Below are positions 56,320 through 63,960 of a stretch of 64,000 bases of DNA, in pieces. Below the pieces are notes generated by a model. That model saw only the letters and a list, made by a program, of their open reading frames with translations, was not told the DNA's origin and made no database searches. The translations under genes and the position numbers were made by a program. This stretch comes from Nanobdellota archaeon (lineage in GTDB: Archaea; Nanobdellota; Nanobdellia; Woesearchaeales; GW2011-AR4): NCBI GenBank assembly GCA_022564635.1, contig JADFLA010000002.1, forward strand, positions 394-64,393, written 5' to 3'. Numbering within the stretch: the stretch's first letter is position 1; every line of letters begins with the position of its first letter.

Positions 56320-57074
56320 GTAGAATTATTAAACCCACAAATACACGCAAAACTTTTAGGATTTAAAGAAGCCCCACCAACCAAAGCACCATTAATATTC
56401 TTCATCGCCATTAAATCCTTGATATTGCTTTCCTTTATACTACCCCCATAAATAATTCTTACATTACTAGAAATTTTATTATTATAAATATGTGATAATA
56501 ATTCTCTAATAAATTTGTGAACTTCTTCTGCTTGCTGAGGTGTTGCATTTTTCCCTGTTCCTATTGCCCAAATGGGTTCATATGCAATAACAATGTTTTT
56601 TATTTCATTTTCATCAATATTTTTTAAACAGTTTATTAATTGATTTTTTATTATTTTTAGTGTTTTATTATTATTCCTTTGTTCTAATGTTTCCCCAATG
56701 CACAATATTGGCTTTAAATTATTTTTAAATGCTGTTTTTATTTTTTTATTAACCATATCATCAGTTTCATTGAAATACTGCCTTCTTTCAGAATGGCCAA
56801 GAATTACATATTCACAACCAACATCCTTCAGCATTAAAGCAGAAATTTCTCCAGTAAAAGTTCCTTCTTCCTCAAAATGCATGTTTTGCGCACCGAGTTT
56901 AATTTTAGTATTTTTTGTTGATTCATTAATTTTATTTAATAAAGTAAACGAAGGGCAAATAACTATTTCTTTATTTTTTATTTTTTTAATGTATTTTTTA
57001 AAATTATTAATGAAAGAAATAGAACTTTTAATATCCATATTCATCTTCCAGTTTGCAGCTATTAGGGACTTCAT
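56316..57074 (-). CDS. tpiA: triosephosphate isomerase, bacterial/eukaryotic type
   Basis: AANWKMN, GHSERR, EPIWAIGTG, YGGS motifs; 252 aa. Confidence 0.9.
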   Translation of the reverse strand: MKSLIAANWKMNMDIKSSISFINNFKKYIKKIKNKEIVICPSFTLLNKINESTKNTKIKLGAQNMHFEEEGTFTGEISALMLKDVGCEYVILGHSERRQYFNETDDMVNKKIKTAFKNNLKPILCIGETLEQRNNNKTLKIIKNQLINCLKNIDENEIKNIVIAYEPIWAIGTGKNATPQQAEEVHKFIRELLSHIYNNKISSNVRIIYGGSIKESNIKDLMAMKNINGALVGGASLNPKSFACICGFNNST

Positions 57075-57115
57075 TGAAATTTTTATTTTTTTATTTTAAT
57101 TATTGGAATTTATTG

Positions 57116-57238
57116 TTAATCATCATCTGATTCTGGTTTTTCCTGTTTATTTTTCAGCTCAGAAAGATCAGCCTCGCAGTGCCAGCAATACATCTCATCC
57201 GCGGTTACTATTCTATTGCAATAAGGACATTTTACCAT
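57116..57238 (-). CDS. small Zn-ribbon protein (40 aa)
   Basis: Not in the track; MVKCPYCNRIVTADEMYCWHCEADLSELKNKQEKPESDDD. Confidence 0.4.
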   Translation of the reverse strand: MVKCPYCNRIVTADEMYCWHCEADLSELKNKQEKPESDDD

Positions 57239-57421
57239 TTTAAATTATATTTGTTTTAATTATTAATAAATTTATTTGTTTTGATTAGTAGTTAGATATG
57301 TTTAAAATTTTGTTTTTAGAATTTATAAATATTGTTATTTAAAGATTTTTGGAACTAATACATGTATAAGCAGTTCTATATAAAAGTTACAGATAAATAG
57401 ATTTCTCAAAAACAACTTAAT

Positions 57422-57455
57422 TTTAAAAACCCTCCTCTTAAATTAAGGGCTTTCT
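57422..57455. repeat. copy A of a triplicated element
   Basis: tttaaaaaccctcctcttaaattaagggctttct, identical over 34 bp to 57957-57990; overlaps the stop of 57443-57934. Confidence 0.65.
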
Positions 57456-57934
57456 GGAGTTTTTATTATTCCTAAAATTATAAGAGCACTATTACTAAGT
57501 TTTTGGAGATAGTCCATACGTCCAGAGCCCCTCACAAGATATTCGCCATTACCAATAATCCTTTGTAATACACTATCCTGTTTTGGTCCAGCAGCTTTCC
57601 GTATAACTACTTCTAATTCTCCACCTATTCCAATTGCATTCAAAAGAGTTTTAAGCACACTATATGCGACTTGACCATTTATACCTACATAGTTTCCCGC
57701 AAATTCTATATGTTCCTGGCTTTCTTCCATAAACATCTCAATTCCAATTCTGCCTCTAAAAATAGGTGAACTATAACTGCCTATACTCTTTCTATAGGCA
57801 TCATCTGGTTCATAACTTGCTAGGGTACCCTTAATTTTAACTAAAGTGTTGGATTTAATTTCGCGTAAATTACTAACTGGCTCAAGTTCATCGAATCGTC
57901 TGTACTGAGCCACCAAATCGGATAAATCAGCCAT
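57443..57934 (-). CDS. orphan protein (163 aa)
   Basis: Intact ORF with balanced composition; its C-terminal PESP* codons lie inside repeat copy A. Confidence 0.5.
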   Translation of the reverse strand: MADLSDLVAQYRRFDELEPVSNLREIKSNTLVKIKGTLASYEPDDAYRKSIGSYSSPIFRGRIGIEMFMEESQEHIEFAGNYVGINGQVAYSVLKTLLNAIGIGGELEVVIRKAAGPKQDSVLQRIIGNGEYLVRGSGRMDYLQKLSNSALIILGIIKTPESP

Positions 57935-57956
57935 TCATCAAAGAATGATTGAACAA

Positions 57957-58011
57957 TTTAAAAACCCTCCTCTTAAATTAAGGGCTTTCTAAGGGCAATA
58001 AGTTTTTAATA
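57957..58011. repeat. copy B: operator-like element plus TATA box
   Basis: tttaaaaaccctcctcttaaattaagggctttctaagggcaataagtttttaata; contains TAAGGGC twice, 11 bp apart, and the palindrome CTTAAaTTAAG. Confidence 0.65.
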
Positions 58012-58033
58012 CACTAACTCTTACCAATAAAAA

Positions 58034-58303
58034 ATGAATCTAGTTGAAAGAGTAAAAAAAAGTTATGATGCAACTAATGGAGTTTTGAATGGGGTAACTA
58101 GTGCTATGAGTTCTAGAATGACTTATAATCAATATTTTCAAACTTCTGAAGGTATGCAAGCCAGTAGAAATTTACAAGACACTTTTAAGGAAGTAGACTT
58201 TGTTACTTTTTCTTTAGGTTCTACACCAGCAGCAATGAAATATTTAGCAATGCACCCTTACAATGCTGTTAAAATATTAAGAGATGTGGTTACAAAAAAA
58301 TAA
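58034..58303 (+). CDS. small hypothetical protein (89 aa)
   Basis: ATG ~25 nt after the TATA of copy B; first gene of a tight three-gene block. Confidence 0.45.
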   Translation: MNLVERVKKSYDATNGVLNGVTSAMSSRMTYNQYFQTSEGMQASRNLQDTFKEVDFVTFSLGSTPAAMKYLAMHPYNAVKILRDVVTKK

Positions 58304-58310
58304 GGACAAA

Positions 58311-58460
58311 ATGAAACTAACTAAAGAAGAATGGATTGAGGAATTTAAGAAAAGGTGTAATGAAGCTAGAAAGTTGCATCCTGATTGGAACTATGATAAA
58401 GTTAAAATGGTAGTGTCAAGAGATATGCCTAAAATAACAGATGAAGAGGGATGGGAATAG
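58311..58460 (+). CDS. small hypothetical protein (49 aa)
   Basis: Not in the track; MKLTKEEWIEEFKKRCNEARKLHPDWNYDKVKMVVSRDMPKITDEEGWE; 7 nt after the previous stop and 3 nt before the next start. Confidence 0.35.
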   Translation: MKLTKEEWIEEFKKRCNEARKLHPDWNYDKVKMVVSRDMPKITDEEGWE

Positions 58461-58463
58461 AAA

Positions 58464-58649
58464 ATGAAGTTAAAAACAATAACCAAAGCAAGAAATAGAA
58501 AAACAATAATGATTTATTATGCAATAGCTATAATATTCATTTCAATAGGGTTTTATACTAAAAATATTCAATGGCATTTCCTTGCTTTTGTTATATTTGG
58601 AATTGCATTGTTTAGGAAGTATTGGTTGATGAAGCGGTTGAAAGATTGA
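58464..58649 (+). CDS. small two-TM membrane protein (61 aa)
   Basis: IMIYYAIAIIFISIGFY and HFLAFVIFGIALF hydrophobic segments. Confidence 0.4.
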   Translation: MKLKTITKARNRKTIMIYYAIAIIFISIGFYTKNIQWHFLAFVIFGIALFRKYWLMKRLKD

Positions 58650-58715
58650 GCAAAGTTTTTATAGACTAAATCTTAACTTTTCTATTCATTAATATATGTC
58701 TTTTCGAGTTCGAAA

Positions 58716-59057
58716 GTGGCTCAACTGTTTCCAAAGCACTATGTGCAAAAAAACTTTGGAATCACTCGAATGTCTTGGAAAGCTTATGAAATTACTAAGA
58801 TGAAATGTGAAAATTGCAAGAAAGAATCACAATGGCTGGAAATCATTGGTTCTGATTATATATGCCGTAAGTGCATTGGAAAACATAAGATAATGGGTTT
58901 AATATTACGGACACACATGGATACATTCAACTTTTTAGTAAGAAATCTTAAGATAAAGAACTATGAGGAACTTATTAACATTAGACGAGAAGAAATTGAA
59001 AAAGCCGCTGATCTTAAAAAATACGGGATTTCTCTTAAAAAAGAATCCTCCTCTTAA
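58716..59057 (+). CDS. small Zn-finger protein (start uncertain)
   Basis: CENCKK...CRKC pair; GTG start in the track, internal ATGs at 58770 and 58800; the stop lies inside repeat copy C. Confidence 0.4.
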   Translation: MAQLFPKHYVQKNFGITRMSWKAYEITKMKCENCKKESQWLEIIGSDYICRKCIGKHKIMGLILRTHMDTFNFLVRNLKIKNYEELINIRREEIEKAADLKKYGISLKKESSS

Positions 59058-59091
59058 ATCAAGGGCTTTTTTGGGCAATAAGTTTTTATAT
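59047..59091. repeat. copy C: operator-like element plus TATA box
   Basis: cctcctcttaaatcaagggcttttttgggcaataagtttttatat; aligns to copy B 57966-58011 with a few mismatches. Confidence 0.65.
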
Positions 59092-59117
59092 GAAATACAA
59101 ATTCTATACTCCTTGTT

Positions 59118-59573
59118 ATGACACCAGAAACTTATGATCCAAGAAGACTTCAACGGGATTACATTCAGGCATGTATAGATGCAGGTAGCCCTTTAGATCC
59201 CGTTCGGGAAAGTATATTAGAACAAACTGTTACAAATACTATCCAGAGGATGGGAGAACAACATGAAGCATTGGATATTCAATTAATGGATAGAGATGTC
59301 TTAGGTTTGGTATGTGAAGAATTAGGATTTCCACACTCAGGACTAGTTATTAGAGCCGTTCAAAAATATGCAAACCTAGATTTTAGGAAACATCCTACAA
59401 ATGCGCAAGCTCTAAGACTCTATCAAAAAGCAATTGGAATAATTGATACTCCCGATTACCCGAGAAATGTAAATTTTGGTGAAAAGACATTTAGATCACT
59501 CCATTCTTATCTTTATGTAATGAGGTTAGTAGAAGAAAAGAAAGCTCCTCAGCCATTCGATTTATTGAGATAA
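59118..59573 (+). CDS. orphan protein (151 aa)
   Basis: ATG ~30 nt after the TATA of copy C; balanced composition; no motif recognised. Confidence 0.5.
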   Translation: MTPETYDPRRLQRDYIQACIDAGSPLDPVRESILEQTVTNTIQRMGEQHEALDIQLMDRDVLGLVCEELGFPHSGLVIRAVQKYANLDFRKHPTNAQALRLYQKAIGIIDTPDYPRNVNFGEKTFRSLHSYLYVMRLVEEKKAPQPFDLLR

Positions 59574-59670
59574 TACGGATTTTCACAAAAACAATATTCT
59601 AAAAAGAGCTTTATCTATAATATATTATAATAAAAATTAATATATAAGATAACTATTTCTTAAGTTTAAA

Positions 59671-60798
59671 ATGCAAAACAATATTGATATTAAAAAAGAG
59701 AAAGTGGATTCAACTAGTTCAAAAATAACTGAATTAGAAGAACGCATTTCAAAAACAAAGTACAACAAAAAGACACAGCATGCCATAGGTCTGTATAAAG
59801 CACAATTAGCAAGATTAAAGATAAAACAACGAGCAAGATCTAAGGGTAAAAAGGGAATAGGATATGCTGTTAGAAAAACAGGGGATGGAACTGTTGTAAT
59901 ATTAGGATTTCCATCTGTTGGAAAAAGCACCTTGCTTAACGCTTTAACTAACGCAAACTCTCCTGTAGGAAGTTATGCCTTCACAACATTGACTGTTATT
60001 CCTGGAATATTGAACTATAACTACGCTAAAATACAAATATTGGATGTTCCGGGTGTGGTGCGTGGAGCTGCAGCAGGCACTGGCAGGGGCAAGGAAGTAT
60101 TAGCTGTTATAAGGAACGCTGATTTAATCCTTATTTTAATTGATGTTTTTGATCCAGAACACTATAAAGTATTGCAGAAAGAGGTCTATGAAGCTGATGT
60201 AAGGATAAATCAAAAAGTTTCTGATGTTAAGATTGTTAAGACCCCTAGAGGCGGAATTAACATCGGAACCACAGTTAAACTGACAAAATTAGATAATAAA
60301 ACAGTAGAGGACATTCTAAAAGAATTCAAGATAAATAACGCAAATATTGTCATTAGGGAAGATATTAGTGCTGACCAGTTAATAGATATTATTGAGGGCA
60401 ATAAGGTATATCTGCCGGCTATAGTTGTCCTGAACAAGATTGATATGGTGGGAAAAGATGAGCTTGATAAGATTAAAAGTAAGGTAAGGCCTAATCTAGA
60501 TGTCTCGGCGGAGAAAAACATTGGAATAGAGGGATTAAAGGAGTTGATATACAGGAAGCTAAAAATTATAAGGATTTATTTAAAAGAGTATAATAAAAAG
60601 GCAGATATGGAAGAACCGTTGATAATGTGGCAAGATTGCACGTTAAAAGACTTGTGTAGTAAACTGCATAAGGATTTTGTGAATAATTTTAAATATGCCA
60701 AAATATGGGGTTCATCAGCCCGTTTTCCAGGACAAAAATTTCCAAAGTTAGAACATGAACTTTTTGATAAAGATATCGTAGAACTGCGTATGAAATAA
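59671..60798 (+). CDS. DRG/Obg-family GTPase with C-terminal TGS domain
   Basis: N-terminal KTKYNKKTQHAIGLYKAQLARLK, G1 GFPSVGKST, G3 DVPG, G4 NKID; TGS-like C-terminus. Confidence 0.85.
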   Translation: MQNNIDIKKEKVDSTSSKITELEERISKTKYNKKTQHAIGLYKAQLARLKIKQRARSKGKKGIGYAVRKTGDGTVVILGFPSVGKSTLLNALTNANSPVGSYAFTTLTVIPGILNYNYAKIQILDVPGVVRGAAAGTGRGKEVLAVIRNADLILILIDVFDPEHYKVLQKEVYEADVRINQKVSDVKIVKTPRGGINIGTTVKLTKLDNKTVEDILKEFKINNANIVIREDISADQLIDIIEGNKVYLPAIVVLNKIDMVGKDELDKIKSKVRPNLDVSAEKNIGIEGLKELIYRKLKIIRIYLKEYNKKADMEEPLIMWQDCTLKDLCSKLHKDFVNNFKYAKIWGSSARFPGQKFPKLEHELFDKDIVELRMK

Positions 60799-60935
60799 TT
60801 ATTTGTTTTTTTTATTATTTTAGTTTCTTCTTAAATTGAGGTTTGGATCTAGCTTTCTTTTTGCAATGAATTTTTTCTTGCAATCAAAAATTAAATAAAG
60901 ATTTATAAATAAATAATAAAACGTATTCTGTTAAT

Positions 60936-61060
60936 GGGCCAGTAGCTCAGCTTGGAACAGAGCGACATGTTTAATACACGCTAGAGCCTTCTAAGCTGTA
61001 GGTCGAGGGCAGGTTATTAGAATTTCTATGACCTCTCGAATTCGAATCCCTTCTGGCCCG
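60936..61060 (+). tRNA. tRNA-Arg(TCT) with two non-canonical insertions
   Basis: GGGCCAG/CTGGCCC acceptor; ACA[18 nt]GC-CTTCTAA-GCTGT; GAGGG[31 nt]TTCGAAT-CCCTT; 125 nt total, 76 nt after removal. Confidence 0.8.
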
Positions 61061-61143
61061 TTCTTTCTTTCGAGCGTAGCGAGAAAGCTCTTGTCGGAAG
61101 TCTCGGAACCGAAGGTTCTGAGGTGGGAATACCTTCTGGCCCG
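61061..61143 (+). other. structured trailer ending in a second, degenerate copy of the tRNA-Arg T arm and acceptor 3' strand
   Basis: Hairpins CTTTCT.TCG-agcgtag-CGAGAAAG and CTCGGAACC-gaa-GGTTCTGAG, then GAGGT-GGGAAT-ACCTT-CTGGCCCG; followed by cttttttt. Confidence 0.45.
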
Positions 61144-61149
61144 CTTTTT

Positions 61150-61452
61150 TTAAGAAATATCCCTATGCGTCTCGTACATAAATGCAGCATCTTTGTTGTG
61201 TTTTTTCATTGCAGCTATGACTTTCTTAAATATCTCTGATGAATCCACTGTCTTTTTCTTTCTTGCCCATGTTTTGATTTCTTTGCTTACTTTTTCGCAT
61301 ATCTTTTCTGCTTCTGTATGCTCTACATGAGAGCTTAGGCATGCTGCATAACAGCTTGCATAAACTTTCCTATCATCAAATTCCTCTGCATGGCCTTTTC
61401 TTTTTACAATGCAATACTTGCATTTTGCTCCTTCAATAATTTTTTCTTTCAT
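61150..61452 (-). CDS. ATP-cone domain protein
   Basis: IVKRKGHAEEFDDRKVYASCYAACL matches the ATP-cone opening (V.KRdG..e.Fd..Ki); 100 aa. Confidence 0.55.
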   Translation of the reverse strand: MKEKIIEGAKCKYCIVKRKGHAEEFDDRKVYASCYAACLSSHVEHTEAEKICEKVSKEIKTWARKKKTVDSSEIFKKVIAAMKKHNKDAAFMYETHRDIS

Positions 61453-61453
61453 T

Positions 61454-62164
61454 TTATCCTAAATTAATTGTTCCGTTTGCAATCAACATCAACATCCATC
61501 CTAAAGCTATTAATAATAAACCTATTAGTAATCTCATATATGATCTATTTGCTTGCTTCCATTTTTTGATTTCATGCAATTTCATACCGGATGCAACCAA
61601 TATTAAAATAATAATCAATGGCAAGACAAAAATTATATTGTATAAAACAAGTAAAAGGAACGCAGTAAAGTCGAAGTTTTGCGAAAGCAATGTTATTATT
61701 GCTAGGTAAGGTGCTCCTGTGCATGGTAGCTCAACAGCAGATACAAAAGCTCCCAAAAATATGACTCCAAATATTGTTGTTTTTGATGTATAATTGTGAA
61801 TCATCTTTGCAAAAACAGGAGGAATTGATAATGAGAACCATCTACCATACCAGAAATAATCCTTAATTTCTAAAAGCCCAGCTATTATTATCAAAACTCC
61901 TACTGCTATTGAAATGTATTCTGCTAAAACCAACGGCAAAGTAGAGAAATAATACATTAAGCCTAAACCTGCTAAAAGATACACAACAAGAACTGCACTT
62001 ACATAAATTCCACCTAATAGCAACATTCTTTTTGTTGATTGTTTTCCAGCTAACATGACAGAAATCATCAGTATAAGGACACCTATAGCGCAGGGATTAA
62101 TTGAGTCTATGGCTGCTGTTGTGATAACTGTTGCTAGTTTTGGCAAATAGGCTTCAACTGCCAC
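61454..62164 (-). CDS. CcdA/DsbD-family thiol-disulfide transporter
   Basis: Six TM segments with conserved Cys in DSINPCA and ELPCTGAPY. Confidence 0.75.
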   Translation of the reverse strand: MAVEAYLPKLATVITTAAIDSINPCAIGVLILMISVMLAGKQSTKRMLLLGGIYVSAVLVVYLLAGLGLMYYFSTLPLVLAEYISIAVGVLIIIAGLLEIKDYFWYGRWFSLSIPPVFAKMIHNYTSKTTIFGVIFLGAFVSAVELPCTGAPYLAIITLLSQNFDFTAFLLLVLYNIIFVLPLIIILILVASGMKLHEIKKWKQANRSYMRLLIGLLLIALGWMLMLIANGTINLG

Positions 62165-62996
62165 TTAAGTCACCTCTTTCAAAAGCTACTTTATAAGATT
62201 CACAAATATGTTCTGTTGTTTCTTTTTGAACATCAAATTCAATTATAATGCAGTCACCGGGTGGAATTTGAGAATAAGACGATAAAACATAATCTTCAAA
62301 ATCTTCTAACTTTTCCTGCTCAAATATCCAATTTTTAGTGTCTTCTGGATTTTGAATTTTGTATAAAAATACTTGCAGTTTTCCTTGTTTTCCATTGCAT
62401 AAATCTCCATTACCTTTTTCTACAACTTTATCATTTGTAGGAATAGCTAGATAATTATTAGTTAAAGAACCTCCAACAACCTCAAAGAACGTATGCAGGT
62501 CTACATCTTTCTTCTTGACAACAACACCTTCTACATGAATCCTGTCATCTCCATGCTCATGGAAAACTGGTGTGCCTATACGATTAGAAAGACCTTTTGG
62601 ATCTATTAAATCGACTTTTTTTCCACAATTCCATATTTCAAAATCTGCATGCCAATGTACTGGACCTTTTGTCTCAGAAATTAGGTTTAAATAGATAGTT
62701 GAGCCGGCAAGGTAGGCAGTTGCAAGAATTATTGGTATGACTATTCCTAAAAATAAAAACATCTTGGATTCATCTTTTTCTTTATTGTATATAGATAACA
62801 AAACAAGAATTCCTGCAATTACAGCTGCAATCATAACATAATTTTTTGATGAAAAACTAAGAGATTCACCGATATCTTTTCTTTCTTCCTTAATCTCTTC
62901 TTCATGAGAATAAGCTGCAAAAGAAAACAGAATTATAACTACAATTAACAATAAAATTCTCATTCTAGTGTTCAATTTAAATTTTCCAGAAAACAT
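62154..62996 (-). CDS. membrane-anchored His-rich protein of unknown function
   Basis: Signal/TM plus a second TM, then VHWHADFEIWNCGKKVDL and VFHEHGDDRIHVEG motifs; overlaps the ccdA-like start by 11 nt. Confidence 0.5.
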   Translation of the reverse strand: MFSGKFKLNTRMRILLLIVVIILFSFAAYSHEEEIKEERKDIGESLSFSSKNYVMIAAVIAGILVLLSIYNKEKDESKMFLFLGIVIPIILATAYLAGSTIYLNLISETKGPVHWHADFEIWNCGKKVDLIDPKGLSNRIGTPVFHEHGDDRIHVEGVVVKKKDVDLHTFFEVVGGSLTNNYLAIPTNDKVVEKGNGDLCNGKQGKLQVFLYKIQNPEDTKNWIFEQEKLEDFEDYVLSSYSQIPPGDCIIIEFDVQKETTEHICESYKVAFERGDLSGS

Positions 62997-63022
62997 AGAC
63001 CTCTTTTTTCAACAATAGTTTT

Positions 63023-63118
63023 TTAGCAAAACTCGCATACATTTGGTTTTTTTGCTTTTGCTTTGCTAGTTTTTACTTTTTTAACTGCTTTTTTTGTTTT
63101 TTTAGCTTTTTTTGGCAT
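63023..63118 (-). CDS. possible small basic peptide (31 aa)
   Basis: Not in the track; GGTGA 5 nt upstream; MPKKAKKTKKAVKKVKTSKAKAKKPNVCEFC; could be spurious in an A-rich spacer. Confidence 0.25.
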   Translation of the reverse strand: MPKKAKKTKKAVKKVKTSKAKAKKPNVCEFC

Positions 63119-63197
63119 TATCATCACCTTTAAGATACTTTAATATTTCATTTCTAGGACAACAATGTTTTTAAATTTATCGTTATTTTGTCTTTAT

Positions 63198-63920
63198 ATG
63201 GCGAAGATATTAATTAATAAGCATGATAAATTTTTGGTTAAGGACTTAAATAATGATTTTCATACAAAACATGGTTATTTTAAGAAACAAGATTTGAAGA
63301 AAACAAGTTCTAAAATAAAATCAAATACAAAAAAGGAATTTACAGTTTTTGATCCATATTTTATTGATTTATACAGAAAAATAAAGAGAGATGCGCAGAT
63401 AATTCCATTAAAAGATATTGGTTTAATTGTTTCAGAAACTGGAATCAATAAAAATAGTAAAGTTGTTGATGCTGGTTCTGGTTCTGGAGCATTATGTTGT
63501 TTTTTGGCAAATATTGTAAAAGAGGTTATTACATATGAAATAAGGGAAGATTTCATTAAAATTGTAAAAAAGAACATTGATTTTCTAAAATTAAAAAATA
63601 TAAAAATAAAAAATAAGAACGTTTATGATGGTATTTCTGAGAAAAATATTGATTTAATTGTATTAGATGTGCCAGAGCCATGGAAAGCAATAAATGCTGC
63701 TAAAAAAGCATTAAAAATAGGTGGTTTTTTGGTTTCTTACAGCCCAACAATACCACAAACTCAGGATTTCATTAATAAGGTAAATATAAATAAAAATTTT
63801 GTACATGTAAAGACTTCTGAGATTATTGAAAGAGAATGGGAAGTTGATGGAAGGAAAGTAAGACCTAGAAGCCAGGCTATAGGGCATTCTGGATTTATTA
63901 GTTTTGTTAGAAGAATTTAG
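63198..63920 (+). CDS. trmI: tRNA (adenine-N1)-methyltransferase TrmI (Gcd14 family)
   Basis: VVDAGSGSGAL SAM motif, LDVPEPW, GHSGFISFVRR C-terminus; start moved to internal ATG 63198. Confidence 0.8.
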   Translation: MAKILINKHDKFLVKDLNNDFHTKHGYFKKQDLKKTSSKIKSNTKKEFTVFDPYFIDLYRKIKRDAQIIPLKDIGLIVSETGINKNSKVVDAGSGSGALCCFLANIVKEVITYEIREDFIKIVKKNIDFLKLKNIKIKNKNVYDGISEKNIDLIVLDVPEPWKAINAAKKALKIGGFLVSYSPTIPQTQDFINKVNINKNFVHVKTSEIIEREWEVDGRKVRPRSQAIGHSGFISFVRRI

Positions 63921-63960
63921 TTAAAAAAAAGAAAAAAATAAAAATTTTTATTAATTATTT

